Assembly (NCBI GenBank): GCA_934162265.1
Contig: CAKPHZ010000002.1
Span: 6,703-70,702 of the forward strand
Source: an uncultured Bacilli bacterium
GTDB taxonomy: Bacteria; Bacillota_I; Bacilli_A; RF39; UBA660
Direction of reading: 5' to 3'
DNA length: 64,000 nt
Shown: piece after piece, positions 19,501 through 28,890 of the stretch
Position numbering within the stretch: position 1 is the first letter of the stretch
How the letters are laid out: every line of letters starts with the position of its first letter
Made by a program: the position numbers and the translations under genes
The notes under the pieces: model-generated
What the model was told of the DNA's origin: nothing
Seen by the model: only the letters and a program-made list of their open reading frames with translations
Database searches by the model: none

Positions 19501-19700
19501 TTGAAATTGCTGATCGAATTAATATTTATTATTCTTCTAACGATTTATATAGTTCTAAGATAAATGATTATGTTCAATTTATTTGTGATGAAACACTTGC
19601 GCTTAGCATGAAAAAAGTAGATAGTATCGAAGAATTTGAAAAAATTAATGACTTTGAAGTAGGAATAAAGTTAGAGAAAATTGAAGAGGAAAAGAAATAG
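16596..19700 (+). CDS. ileS: isoleucyl-tRNA synthetase, long type-2 form
   Basis: 1034 aa with class I motifs (P.YANAKPGIHH as HIGH, KMSKS), an editing domain, and a long C-terminal extension without the type-1 zinc-finger tail. Confidence 0.95.
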   Translation: MYESLDKREVKDVEKSILDTWKKEDILNETIKNREGKKDFVFYDGPIYANAKPGIHHVFAKTIKDSFCKYKVMNGYRVLRKIGLDTHGLPIEVNVEKKLGFSGKADIEKFGVDAFCRECNKATATNINEVNHITDMMGQFIDCKNPYITCSNDYIESEWWIIKQMDEKGLLYHGNKVLWYCPRCGTELSQNEVSQGYTKTSVNTVIVPLKRVDADEYFLAWTTTPWTLMANVAICVNPDMLYIKAKSKGYQFIVAESLATRVLGEDYEVVDTFKGSDLVGIKYEQLMPFVRVEGKCHEVIADPYVTDSDGTGIVHIAPAFGADDNRVCVQNGIGFVNPVGLDGRYTTGPWEGRLVTDPELEIDIIKWLKANDKLFKKIKIEHDYPHCWRCKSPLISYPKPAWYIKTTEYKDKIIEANKKIHWYPAYVGEKRFGNWLENIVDWGISRNRYWGCPLPVWECSCGKRKVIGSLDELQENVVENVNVREMELHRPYVDQIHLKCSCGKEMTRVKDVLDVWFDSGSMPYAQFHYPFENQELFKSQFPADFIAEGLDQTRGWFYVLLVISTIISGESSFKNVVVNDMMLDEFGKKMSKSVGNIVDPIEMMEKYGADNIRWYMLYTSPVWTPLKFSEAGVREVHSKFFNPFKNTYTFFQTYANIDHINIEDCKVKYEEREEIDKWLLSKYNHLIKKVREFYEMYDLNLVVREITNFVSEDLSNWYIRRNRNRFWGSDMNKSKKSVYMTTYEVMEGLCRLCAPVIPYLTEEIYTKLTKKKSVHLADFPVCSRELIDSKLEYKMDLVRDLITMGRNIREESKIKVRQPIKSVMLESSLKNDISGLESLIKEELNVKEVLYVDDANLYMNISYKPNFRVAGKVFGKDMKDFSQYLMNICKEDLIKLSNGELVVNFNGTEYKITEDLIDKKIESKEGFNVSVNDNLIIILDLELTDDLINEGLARETISKIQNLRKSSGFEIADRINIYYSSNDLYSSKINDYVQFICDETLALSMKKVDSIEEFEKINDFEVGIKLEKIEEEKK

Positions 19701-19775
19701 ATGAAATTCTGTTTCTTTTTGTTATTTTTTATAGTAAAATGGTTATGATAGTTATTTTGTAGGAAGTGAGAAAAT

Positions 19776-20444
19776 ATGAATTTAGTTGGAAATCATTGGG
19801 ATAAAGTTTTAGATCATGAGTATCATGAAGAATACTTTAAAAAAATTGTTGCCTATATCAATCAGGCATATAAAGAAAGGGAGATTTTTCCTCCAAAACC
19901 TAGGATTTTACGAGCACTTAGTTTGACTGATTATGATGATGTTCGGGTTGTTATTTTAGGACAAGATCCGTATCATGGAGTAGGAGAAGCAAATGGTCTT
20001 GCTTTTGCTGTTTCTGATGGTGTAAAATTACCACCATCTTTAAAAAATATTTATAAAGAACTTTATAGTGATTTGGGAATAACCCCAGCTTCTGTTGGTA
20101 ATTTGGAGTGTTGGGCTAAAGAGGGGGTTCTACTATTAAATGCGGTTTTAACAGTAGAAAAAGATAAACCAGCTTCTCATAAATTTTTAGGCTGGGAGAA
20201 TTTTACAGATGCTATTATAAGAAGTTTAAATGATAAAGATACACCAGTAGTATTTATTCTATGGGGAAATTTTGCACGTAGCAAAAAAAGTTTGATTACT
20301 AATCCCAAACATTACGTGATAGAATCGACACATCCATCTCCATTTTCTGCTAATTATGGCTTTTTTGGTAGTAGACCATTTTCTAAAACAAATCAATTTC
20401 TAAAGGAAAATCATTTAAAAGAAATTGATTGGCATGTATATTAA
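19776..20444 (+). CDS. ung: uracil-DNA glycosylase
   Basis: Family-1 UDG motifs GQDPYH and HPSPFSA. Confidence 0.9.
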   Translation: MNLVGNHWDKVLDHEYHEEYFKKIVAYINQAYKEREIFPPKPRILRALSLTDYDDVRVVILGQDPYHGVGEANGLAFAVSDGVKLPPSLKNIYKELYSDLGITPASVGNLECWAKEGVLLLNAVLTVEKDKPASHKFLGWENFTDAIIRSLNDKDTPVVFILWGNFARSKKSLITNPKHYVIESTHPSPFSANYGFFGSRPFSKTNQFLKENHLKEIDWHVY

Positions 20445-20486
20445 GGATATATTTGACATTATGATAAGGTAGAAAGTAGGGATAAT

Positions 20487-22877
20487 ATGAATGAACTTGA
20501 AATGCTAGATAATACAATTTTAATCGTAATGAATGGAGAGAAAAAAAAGTTGATTAAGCATTTTAGTGAAAACAACTTTTCTTATCCTAATCCTAAAATA
20601 TTTACAATAACAGAATTTATAGATAAGTATTATTTTTCTTATGATGAAAGGGCAATTTATTATCTCAAAGAAAAATATCATTATCAATATGACGTTGCTA
20701 TAATGTATTTATCTTTATTATATTTTGTTTCTGATGATATAGATATTGATGTAGAAAAAGTAAAATGGATAAAAAAATTGAAAAAAGAATTACAAGAAAA
20801 AGGCCTTTTGTTTTATTCAACTTATTTTCAAGAATATTTGGTAAATAAAGATATTGTTTTTTATGATGTTTTTTTTGATAATATGGTAACTAAGCTGTAT
20901 CATGATTTAGAAAAGCAATTTCAAGTAAGAACTTATTTTCCTCAAAAAAAACAATATGATAGAGAAGTTTTATATGAGTCTTTTGATATTTCTGATGAAG
21001 TTGTGTATGTTGCTACTGCCATTTTTGAAAAAATAAAAAGTGGAATTCATCCTTCCAACATTAAACTGTGTGGAGTAGAAGGAGAATATTTACCAGTTGT
21101 GAAAAGAGTTTTTTCTTGGTTTTCTTTGCCAATTGATGCATCTGATAATTGTTTGTATGCAACATTGATGGGACAAGATTTTTTGAAATATTTAGGTCAT
21201 CGCCCAGATGAAGCAATAGATTATTTAAAAAAACATTATTTTTTAAAAATAAAAGAAGAGTTAACAATTTTTGATCAGATTTGTGATATTATTAATCGTT
21301 ATGTATGGGTAGATGATTTTTTTAAAATAAAGGATTTTCTTATTCATGATTTTAAGAATACAAAAGTGAGAAGCAGAAAAAGTACTAGTGGAATAGAAAT
21401 TATTCCTAATTTGCGAAATGTAGAAGATGAATTTCATGTTTTTTTGCTTGGATTTAATCAAGGAGTTATCCCTAAATTGAAAAAAGATGAGGACTATTTT
21501 GATGATGCTTTAAAAGAAAAATTAGGACTCATTTCTACGAAAGAAGAAAATAAAAAGAAAAAAAATAAATGGCTTCAAGAAATTTTAGAAGTTAAAAATT
21601 TGGTAATCACAATGAAAAAGAAAAGTCCTTTAGGGGAATTTTATCCTTCTAGTTTGAATGATGATTTACAAATGCGTGTTGAGAGTGTTAAAAATACTTA
21701 TTGTTATTCTCATTTGTATAATCAGCTTTTACTTGGAGAAAAGTTAGATACTTTGGTAAAGTATAATGAGAAGGAAGAAGATTTAGATTATCTTTATGAG
21801 AGATATCAAGATATTCCTTATTTAAGTTATGATTCTTCTTTTAAAGGGATTAGTAAAGATAAGTTAAGAGATTATTTAGATGGTAAGTTAACTTTATCTT
21901 ATAGTGCAATGAATAGTTATTATCAATGTGGATTTCGTTATTATCTTTCTAATGTTTTAAAACTTAATTTATTTCCTAATACTTTTTATACTGTTTTAGG
22001 AAATATTTATCATGATGTTTTGTCACAATATAAAAAAGAAGATTTTATTTTTTCAAATGTCTATGATGAGGTTGTTAAGAAGTATGAAGAGGTATATTCT
22101 TATGATGATAGAGAAAGATTTTTTATTAACTATTTAAAGGGAGAACTTAAATTTATTATTGATACAATTTTAGAACAAGAGGAAGAATCTAATTTAAAGA
22201 GTGCTTTTTTTGAGGAGAGAATTGTTAAAAATTATCATTATTCTTCCTATGATGTTTGCTTTAAGGGATTCGTTGATAAGATGATGGTTAGCAATGATCA
22301 AAAGTTAGTTTCTATTATTGATTATAAGACAGGAAATCCTAATTTGAATTTAAATCATACAATTTATGGACTAGATTTACAGTTACCAATTTATCTTTTT
22401 TTAGCACGAAATAAATTTCCTGAAGCTAGGATTGTTGGGTTTTATTTACAAAAAATTTTAAATAATGAGATTAGTCGAGACAATAAACATTCTTATCTTG
22501 AGTTGAAAAAAGAAAAATTAAAATTACAAGGGTACAGTAATTCAGATATTTCTATTTTATCTTTATTTGATAAAACTTATTGTGATAGCAAAGTGATTAA
22601 AGGAATGAGAACAACTTCTAAAGGCCTTGGGACTAAAAAAGTTTTAGATGATGTTAAGATGGAGGCGTTAAGTCATTTAGCTGAAGATAAGATAACTGAT
22701 GCGATGAAGGGGATAATTGATGCTGATTTTACAATTAATCCAAAGAGAATTGGAAATGATAATGTTGGTTGTAAGTATTGTCATTATCGAGATATTTGCT
22801 TTATGAGTGAAAAAGATATTGTGGATTTAAAAGAGTATAAAAATTTAGAATTTTTAGAAGAGGAAAGTGTTGATTAA
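20487..22877 (+). CDS. addB: helicase-nuclease AddAB subunit B (short form lacking an N-terminal P-loop)
   Basis: 796 aa, immediately upstream of addA. The C-terminal PD-(D/E)XK nuclease has IIDYKTG and a 4-Cys iron-staple pattern (YYQCG ... GCKYCHYRDIC). Confidence 0.75.
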   Translation: MNELEMLDNTILIVMNGEKKKLIKHFSENNFSYPNPKIFTITEFIDKYYFSYDERAIYYLKEKYHYQYDVAIMYLSLLYFVSDDIDIDVEKVKWIKKLKKELQEKGLLFYSTYFQEYLVNKDIVFYDVFFDNMVTKLYHDLEKQFQVRTYFPQKKQYDREVLYESFDISDEVVYVATAIFEKIKSGIHPSNIKLCGVEGEYLPVVKRVFSWFSLPIDASDNCLYATLMGQDFLKYLGHRPDEAIDYLKKHYFLKIKEELTIFDQICDIINRYVWVDDFFKIKDFLIHDFKNTKVRSRKSTSGIEIIPNLRNVEDEFHVFLLGFNQGVIPKLKKDEDYFDDALKEKLGLISTKEENKKKKNKWLQEILEVKNLVITMKKKSPLGEFYPSSLNDDLQMRVESVKNTYCYSHLYNQLLLGEKLDTLVKYNEKEEDLDYLYERYQDIPYLSYDSSFKGISKDKLRDYLDGKLTLSYSAMNSYYQCGFRYYLSNVLKLNLFPNTFYTVLGNIYHDVLSQYKKEDFIFSNVYDEVVKKYEEVYSYDDRERFFINYLKGELKFIIDTILEQEEESNLKSAFFEERIVKNYHYSSYDVCFKGFVDKMMVSNDQKLVSIIDYKTGNPNLNLNHTIYGLDLQLPIYLFLARNKFPEARIVGFYLQKILNNEISRDNKHSYLELKKEKLKLQGYSNSDISILSLFDKTYCDSKVIKGMRTTSKGLGTKKVLDDVKMEALSHLAEDKITDAMKGIIDADFTINPKRIGNDNVGCKYCHYRDICFMSEKDIVDLKEYKNLEFLEEESVD

Positions 22878-23124
22878 TTAGGAGTTGATGTTATGTATAC
22901 GAGAAAAGAACTTGCGGATAAAGTAGGGATATTTGTTCAAAAGATAAAAGAGTATGAGGAGAAGGTTATTCTTATATTACTTATTATGAAAAAAGACAAG
23001 AAGAAAAAACAATTCAATATTTAAAAGATAAATATTCAGCAGAAGTAATAGATGATAATGTTTTATTTGGAAATATTTTGTTTGTAAAATTAAAAATTAT
23101 ATTATAGATAAGGGAGGTAATTTG

Positions 23125-26100
23125 ATGATACCAATAAAGCCAGCTGATGTAACGTGGACTGATGAACAGTGGGAGGCAATTTATGAAGATCATAAGAATA
23201 TTATTGTTTCTGCTGGTGCAGGTTCGGGGAAAACTGCTGTTTTAACAGAGAGGGTAATTCGTAAATTGAAAGATGGGGTTGATGTTAATCGGCTACTTAT
23301 TTTGACCTTTACGAAGGCTGCTGCTGGAGAGATGGCAGATAGAATTCGTAAAAAGATTAAGAAAATTCCTGAATTAAAGGAGCAATTAGATTTATTAGAT
23401 TCTGCTTATATTACTACTTTTGATAGTTTTGCTTTATCTATTGTTAAAAAATATCATTATTTATTAAATATTTCTCCTAGTATTGGAATTATTGATTCTA
23501 GTGTAATTACTTTAGAGAAAAGTAGAGTTATGGATGAGATATTTTTGTCTTATTATCAAGAAAAAGATGAAGATTTTTTGAAGATGATTCGCACTTTTTG
23601 TACGAAGGATGATACAGAAATTAAAAATTCTATTTTGAAAATTAGTAATCAATTAGATTTATTATCGGATAAGAAGAAATATTTAGAAGAATATCTCGAT
23701 AAGTATTATTCTGATGATCGATTAATTCGAAATGTAGAGGAATATTTTTCTCTTATTCAAGAGAAGATAGATTTTATTTTTGAGACGGTTTCTGCTATTT
23801 CTTTGCTTGATGCTGAGTATGCAATAAAGTTAGAAGAGTCTTTGGAGATGCTTAAAGAGATTCGTTGTTATAACGATATTCGTAAGTATTTAAATATTAA
23901 GTTGCCATCTGCTCCAAGGGGGAGTGAGGAAGAGTTAAAGAATTTAAAGTCTTCTATTAGTGATAAGCTTAAAGAGATAAAGAATTTGGCAGTTTATGGA
24001 GATGAAAAGGAGATTATTTCTACATTAAAGAGTACTTATGATACGGTTAAAGTAATGATAGAGATTATTTTAAAGTTTACGGATAAGATTTCTTGGTATA
24101 AAGAAGATAAGGGAGCTTATGAATTTAATGATATTGCTATTATGGCGATTGATATTGTTAAGAATTATTCTTATGTTCGGGATGAATTAAAAGAATATTT
24201 TAATGAGATTATGATAGATGAATATCAGGATACGAATGATTTGCAGGAAGAATTTATTTCTATGATTAGTAATCATAATGTTTATATGGTAGGAGATATT
24301 AAACAATCTATTTATCGTTTTCGAAATGCTAATCCTTATATTTTTAAGAATAAGTATGATTTATATAGTGAGAGTAAGATAGATAAAAAGATTGATTTGA
24401 ATAAGAATTTTCGTTCTAGAAAAGAAGTATTAGAGAATATTAATACAGTTTTTACTTTAATTATGGGAGAAGAATTAGGAGGGGCTAATTATTTAGAGAG
24501 TCATCAGATGATTTTTGGTAATGGAGCTTATCTAAAGGAAGAGGCTAATCATTCTCATGAAATGGAGATTGTTCGTTATCCTTATTCGAAAGAAGTTGGT
24601 TTTAGTAAAGATGAGATAGAAGCTTTTATTATTGCTCGTGATATTCAAGATAAAGTAAGTCATGGATATTTGGTTTTTGATAAAGATAGTGGTATTTTGA
24701 GAAAATGTTTATATAGTGATTTTTCTATTATTATGGATAGGGCTACTACTTTTGATTTATATAAGAAAATTTTTGGTTATTTGGGAATTCCTATTACTCT
24801 ATTAAAGAATGAAAAGATGAATGATGAGGATGATATTTTACTTATTTCTAATATTATTAAGTTGGTATTAAAACTTTCTGCAAAAGAGATAGATACGGAA
24901 TTTAAATATTTATTTACTAGTATTGCTAGGAGTTTTTTGATTGGTCTTTCGGATGAGGAGATTTTTGATTATTTTATTAAAAATACTTATATGGAAAGTG
25001 ATGTGGTAGGGAAGTGTTTGAAGTTGGTAAGGACTCTTCCTTATACTACTGCACATCAACTTATTGATGATATTATAGATAGTTTTTCTTTTTATGAGAA
25101 ATATATTACTATTGGGAATGTTGAAAGTGGTATTGTTAAGTTAGCTAAAATTCGTGAGATGGCGATTAATTTGGAGAGTTTAGGGTATTCAGTAAAGGAT
25201 TTTTCTGTTTATTTATCTGAACTTTTAGAAAATGGAATTGAAATGCAATATGAAGTTAGTGATAATGGGGCTACTTCGGTTAAGTTGATGACTATTCATA
25301 AATCAAAAGGTTTAGAGTATCCTGTTTGTTATTTTAGTGGATTATATAAAAAATTTAATATTAGTGATTTGAAAGAAAAGTTTTTATATGATAAGAATTA
25401 TGGGATTATTACTCCTTATTTTCAAGAGGGAATAGGAGAAGTAATTTGGAAAGATTTAGTTAGAGATTGTTATTTAAAAGAAGAGATTAGTGAGAAGATT
25501 CGTTTATTTTATGTTGCTTTAACGAGAGCTCGTGAGAAGATGATTATGATTGTTCCTGAAAATGATAAGTTGAGAGATTTTTCTCAGGTAACAGTTTTAG
25601 AGGATTCTGTGAAAAAAAATTTTCGTACATTAGAAGATATGTTGGATTTTATTTCTTTTCGACTTTCTTCTTATGAGAAAAAGATATCTTTAGAGGATAT
25701 TAACTTAACTAAGAACTATGCTTATTTAAAGAAAAGTAATTATCAGAAATCTCTTAGTAAAGAGAAAAAAGAAATTGAAGTATTTTCTTATTCATTTTCT
25801 CAGGATGAAGTGGAAAGTAAAAGTTTTTCTAAGAAGAATCATGAAGTGATTAGTAAGAATCAATATGAACTCATGAAACTTGGTACTATGGTACATGAGT
25901 ATTTGGAATTTTTTGATTTTAAGAATCCTTGTATTGAGAAAATAGAAAATAAAGAGGTACAGGAAATAATGAAGAGACTTCTTAAGTGCTCAATATTTCA
26001 TAATATAGATAAGGCTAAAGTTTATCAAGAGTATGAATTTATTGATGAAGAGGAAAATCAAGAATTACATGGGATTATTGATTTGATGCTTGTGTATGAT

Positions 26101-26271
26101 GATCATATTGATATTATTGATTATAAACTTTCTAATATTGATGATGAGCATTATGATGAACAATTAAATGGCTATTATCATTATATTCAGAAGAAGGCAG
26201 ATAAAAAAATTAATCTTTACTTATATTCATTAATTAGTGGAAATTTTAGAGAAGTAAAGAAAGTAGATTAG
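23125..26271 (+). CDS. addA: helicase-nuclease AddAB subunit A (UvrD-like helicase plus RecB-type nuclease)
   Basis: Contains GAGSGKT, DEYQDTN, the TIHKSKGLEYPV and VALTRAREKM helicase motifs, and the C-terminal nuclease GIIDLM...IIDYK. AGGGAGG lies 7 nt before the ATG at 23125. Confidence 0.85.
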   Translation: MIPIKPADVTWTDEQWEAIYEDHKNIIVSAGAGSGKTAVLTERVIRKLKDGVDVNRLLILTFTKAAAGEMADRIRKKIKKIPELKEQLDLLDSAYITTFDSFALSIVKKYHYLLNISPSIGIIDSSVITLEKSRVMDEIFLSYYQEKDEDFLKMIRTFCTKDDTEIKNSILKISNQLDLLSDKKKYLEEYLDKYYSDDRLIRNVEEYFSLIQEKIDFIFETVSAISLLDAEYAIKLEESLEMLKEIRCYNDIRKYLNIKLPSAPRGSEEELKNLKSSISDKLKEIKNLAVYGDEKEIISTLKSTYDTVKVMIEIILKFTDKISWYKEDKGAYEFNDIAIMAIDIVKNYSYVRDELKEYFNEIMIDEYQDTNDLQEEFISMISNHNVYMVGDIKQSIYRFRNANPYIFKNKYDLYSESKIDKKIDLNKNFRSRKEVLENINTVFTLIMGEELGGANYLESHQMIFGNGAYLKEEANHSHEMEIVRYPYSKEVGFSKDEIEAFIIARDIQDKVSHGYLVFDKDSGILRKCLYSDFSIIMDRATTFDLYKKIFGYLGIPITLLKNEKMNDEDDILLISNIIKLVLKLSAKEIDTEFKYLFTSIARSFLIGLSDEEIFDYFIKNTYMESDVVGKCLKLVRTLPYTTAHQLIDDIIDSFSFYEKYITIGNVESGIVKLAKIREMAINLESLGYSVKDFSVYLSELLENGIEMQYEVSDNGATSVKLMTIHKSKGLEYPVCYFSGLYKKFNISDLKEKFLYDKNYGIITPYFQEGIGEVIWKDLVRDCYLKEEISEKIRLFYVALTRAREKMIMIVPENDKLRDFSQVTVLEDSVKKNFRTLEDMLDFISFRLSSYEKKISLEDINLTKNYAYLKKSNYQKSLSKEKKEIEVFSYSFSQDEVESKSFSKKNHEVISKNQYELMKLGTMVHEYLEFFDFKNPCIEKIENKEVQEIMKRLLKCSIFHNIDKAKVYQEYEFIDEEENQELHGIIDLMLVYDDHIDIIDYKLSNIDDEHYDEQLNGYYHYIQKKADKKINLYLYSLISGNFREVKKVD

Positions 26272-26281
26272 AGGATTAAAA

Positions 26282-26545
26282 ATGAATAATAAAGAATTAG
26301 AAAAACAATTAAATGAAATTAAAAAAAGAAATCAAAGAGTAGAGTTAGATAAAAAGTGGGAGACTAGTTATACTAGAAGAATTATTATTATGTTCATTAC
26401 TTATTTGGTAGTAGTAATTTATTCGATAATGATTCAGAAAATAGGTAGCATATGGCTTTCTTCTTTAGTTCCAGTGATTGGTTTTTTATTATCAACTTTG
26501 TCTTTAAAAATGATTAGAAAAATTTGGGAGAAGAAAAATGAGTAA
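26282..26545 (+). CDS. small two-TM membrane protein
   Basis: 87 aa with a charged N-terminus followed by two hydrophobic helices; it overlaps the next gene by 8 nt. Confidence 0.55.
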   Translation: MNNKELEKQLNEIKKRNQRVELDKKWETSYTRRIIIMFITYLVVVIYSIMIQKIGSIWLSSLVPVIGFLLSTLSLKMIRKIWEKKNE

Positions 26546-26864
26546 GTATATTATTGTAAGAACTTATTGTGATAGTTTAGATATTTCTAATAAAATTATC
26601 TCTTGTTTATTAGAAAAGAGATTAGTTGCTGGTAGTCAAATTGTTGCTATTACTTCAGAATATTGGTGGAATAATGAAAAAAGAAAAAAAGAGGAATTTC
26701 AATTATCTTTTCGAAGTAGATATGATTTATTTCCTGCGATTAAGAAAGAGATTTTAAATATTCATTCGTATGAAGTACCAGAGATTTCTTGTATAGAAAT
26801 ATTAGATGGTAATCAGAAATTTTTTGATTGGATTGATAAAGAAGTAGAGAGGGGTGTTTTTTAA
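26538..26864 (+). CDS. cutA: divalent-cation tolerance protein CutA
   Basis: 108 aa with the CutA pattern ..LLEKRLVAGSQI.....YWW.......E..L...S........I...HSYEVPEI....I..G...F.DWI. Confidence 0.75.
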   Translation: MSKYIIVRTYCDSLDISNKIISCLLEKRLVAGSQIVAITSEYWWNNEKRKKEEFQLSFRSRYDLFPAIKKEILNIHSYEVPEISCIEILDGNQKFFDWIDKEVERGVF

Positions 26865-27490
26865 TGACAAAAATAAAAAATATTGTTTTTGATATTGGAA
26901 ATGTAATTCTTCACTTTGATTTAGATGAGGTTCTTCCTCACTTTGCTTCTAATGAGGAGGAAAATGACTTTTTACTTAAGGAAGTTATTCATTCTCCAGA
27001 GTGGCTTTCTTATGCTTTAATTGATACGGGTTTTCTTTCTAGGGAGCATGCAATTTCTATTGTAGAGGATAGAACAAATCATAAAAATGATTCATTAATA
27101 GAAAAATTTTGGTATCATTATAATGAATATAGTTTTATTGATGATAAAGTACTTTGTTTGATTTTAAATTTAAAAAAGAAGGGGTATTCTATTTATTTAC
27201 TTTCTAATATTAATGAGTATACATTTAAATCTATTTATGATAGTAAATTATTTGATATAGTAGATGGATATGTATTGTCTTATCTTGAACATCAGGTAAA
27301 GCCATATAAATCTATTTATTTGACTTTGTTAGATAGATTTAAATTAAAACCAAATGAATGTTTATTTATTGATGATAATAAGAAGAATGTTGAAACTGCT
27401 AGAGATTTGGGAATGATAGGTGAGGTAGTTACTCCTGACTCTTATAGTAGTGTTTATGATGTTTTAGAGAAAAATAAAATTAATGTGTAA
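26864..27490 (+). CDS. HAD-superfamily hydrolase (subfamily IA-like)
   Basis: Motif I FDIGNVIL, motif II LLSN, and C-terminal FIDDN. Confidence 0.75.
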   Translation: MTKIKNIVFDIGNVILHFDLDEVLPHFASNEEENDFLLKEVIHSPEWLSYALIDTGFLSREHAISIVEDRTNHKNDSLIEKFWYHYNEYSFIDDKVLCLILNLKKKGYSIYLLSNINEYTFKSIYDSKLFDIVDGYVLSYLEHQVKPYKSIYLTLLDRFKLKPNECLFIDDNKKNVETARDLGMIGEVVTPDSYSSVYDVLEKNKINV

Positions 27491-27532
27491 TAAAGTGTCA
27501 TTATTAAATAATGAATTTACTAATTAATATAT

Positions 27533-27582
27533 AAAAAAACTGAAATTTATTTCTAAAAGTTAGATATTATTTCAGTTTTTTT
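27533..27582. terminator. bidirectional intrinsic terminator
   Basis: Perfect 14-nt arms AAAAAAACTGAAAT/ATTTCAGTTTTTTT lie between convergent genes. Confidence 0.7.
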
Positions 27583-27604
27583 TGTTTATTTGGGAGAGTA
27601 ATTT

Positions 27605-28672
27605 TTAAGTTATTTTTCTTCTTCTTACTAAAGATGAATTCGTTTTCTTTTCTTCATTAAGATAATTATCTCTTTCAATTGGTTTTATTGATTGAAAAGA
27701 AGTTTTTTGTTTTTGAGCATATTGTTCTAAATTTCTTTTATTTTTCTGTTGATTAACTTTTAAGTTGCTAATTTCTTCCATTTGTTTTTCAATTAATCGT
27801 TTTAATTTATCTTGTTCTAGTTCGTTATCAAATTCTGTTTCGATTGTTTTGGGTAGTTTGTTTTCTTCTAATAGATTATTCATCTGGTTAAATAGTTTTA
27901 AATGATTATTATTTCTTCTTTTTAGATAAGTAGCACTACAGATGGTTCCTAAAGTAAAGGTAGAAAATGGGATTAATAAACTTCCTGGATGACTAATCAT
28001 AATTGTTGGAATACAAGAAAAAAACATTATAAATGTACCCGTTGCTAGGGATAACATAATTGTATTTAGGATTTTTAACTTTTTTGGTAATCTTACATCC
28101 CAAAAATAGTCAGCTATAAATTTCTTTGTTACAAGTAGGTCTAATTTATCAGTTCCTTCTTTTATTCTTTTTTCTAATTCTTCTTTTTTGGGGGGATAAT
28201 CATTAGAAAATTCCAAATCTTTTTGCTTTAATACATTGATACTTTGATTGATAATTTGATTTCTATTTTCTTTTTTTCTTATTTCAAGTTGGCATTTTGC
28301 TTGTTCTTCTAACTGTTCAAATTTAGTTGTAGCAGAAGAAAAACTTTGTAGTAGTTTTTTTGTTTGATATTTTCTATCTAAGAAAATTTGACTTATTTTA
28401 CCTATTGCTATAGAGCCACCAAATAAGGCAAGTGAAAAGCTATAAGTAAAAATATTAGTAGGGATACTTAAGATGCTTGTTATTAATATACAGCTTGCAG
28501 CTAATAATAAATAAGTTATTGTCGAAAAAGAAAAAATATTAATTAACTTAAATTCAGAACTATTCATGCGAAGTATTCTTTTTTTCTCCCTCATCATTTC
28601 GATTTGGTTTTCATTTTCCTCCTGTTGTTTTTTTAACTCTATTATACTTTTTATTTGTTCATTCTCATTCAT
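27605..28672 (-). CDS. hypothetical polytopic membrane protein with three coiled-coil segments
   Basis: 355 aa made of alternating E/K/Q-rich heptad-like stretches and two hydrophobic blocks (about 2 plus 3 TM). No recognisable family. Confidence 0.6.
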   Translation of the reverse strand: MNENEQIKSIIELKKQQEENENQIEMMREKKRILRMNSSEFKLINIFSFSTITYLLLAASCILITSILSIPTNIFTYSFSLALFGGSIAIGKISQIFLDRKYQTKKLLQSFSSATTKFEQLEEQAKCQLEIRKKENRNQIINQSINVLKQKDLEFSNDYPPKKEELEKRIKEGTDKLDLLVTKKFIADYFWDVRLPKKLKILNTIMLSLATGTFIMFFSCIPTIMISHPGSLLIPFSTFTLGTICSATYLKRRNNNHLKLFNQMNNLLEENKLPKTIETEFDNELEQDKLKRLIEKQMEEISNLKVNQQKNKRNLEQYAQKQKTSFQSIKPIERDNYLNEEKKTNSSLVRRRKIT

Positions 28673-28751
28673 ATTTCTCTTCCTTTCTTTTTCAAACTAT
28701 TTTATCATAAAATACTTATTTTTCAAATTGATTTTAGTAAAGAAATAATAA

Positions 28752-28866
28752 AAGTATTTTTTGGTTTCTTTCTAAAAAGACTATCTTAAATTTTCTTTTT
28801 ATATTATAATCAATATGGAAAGCAAAATAATACAAAAACACCATGTTAGTATTAGATTATAATAAA
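28752..28866 (+). repeat. direct repeat copy 1 (duplicate of the ABC transporter promoter and first codons)
   Basis: A 37-nt perfect core at 28774-28810 equals 29821-29857. ATGTTAGTATTAGA at 28843 equals the ABC gene start at 29896. Confidence 0.85.
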
Positions 28867-28890
28867 TTAAAAAAATAGGAGGAAGAAAAA

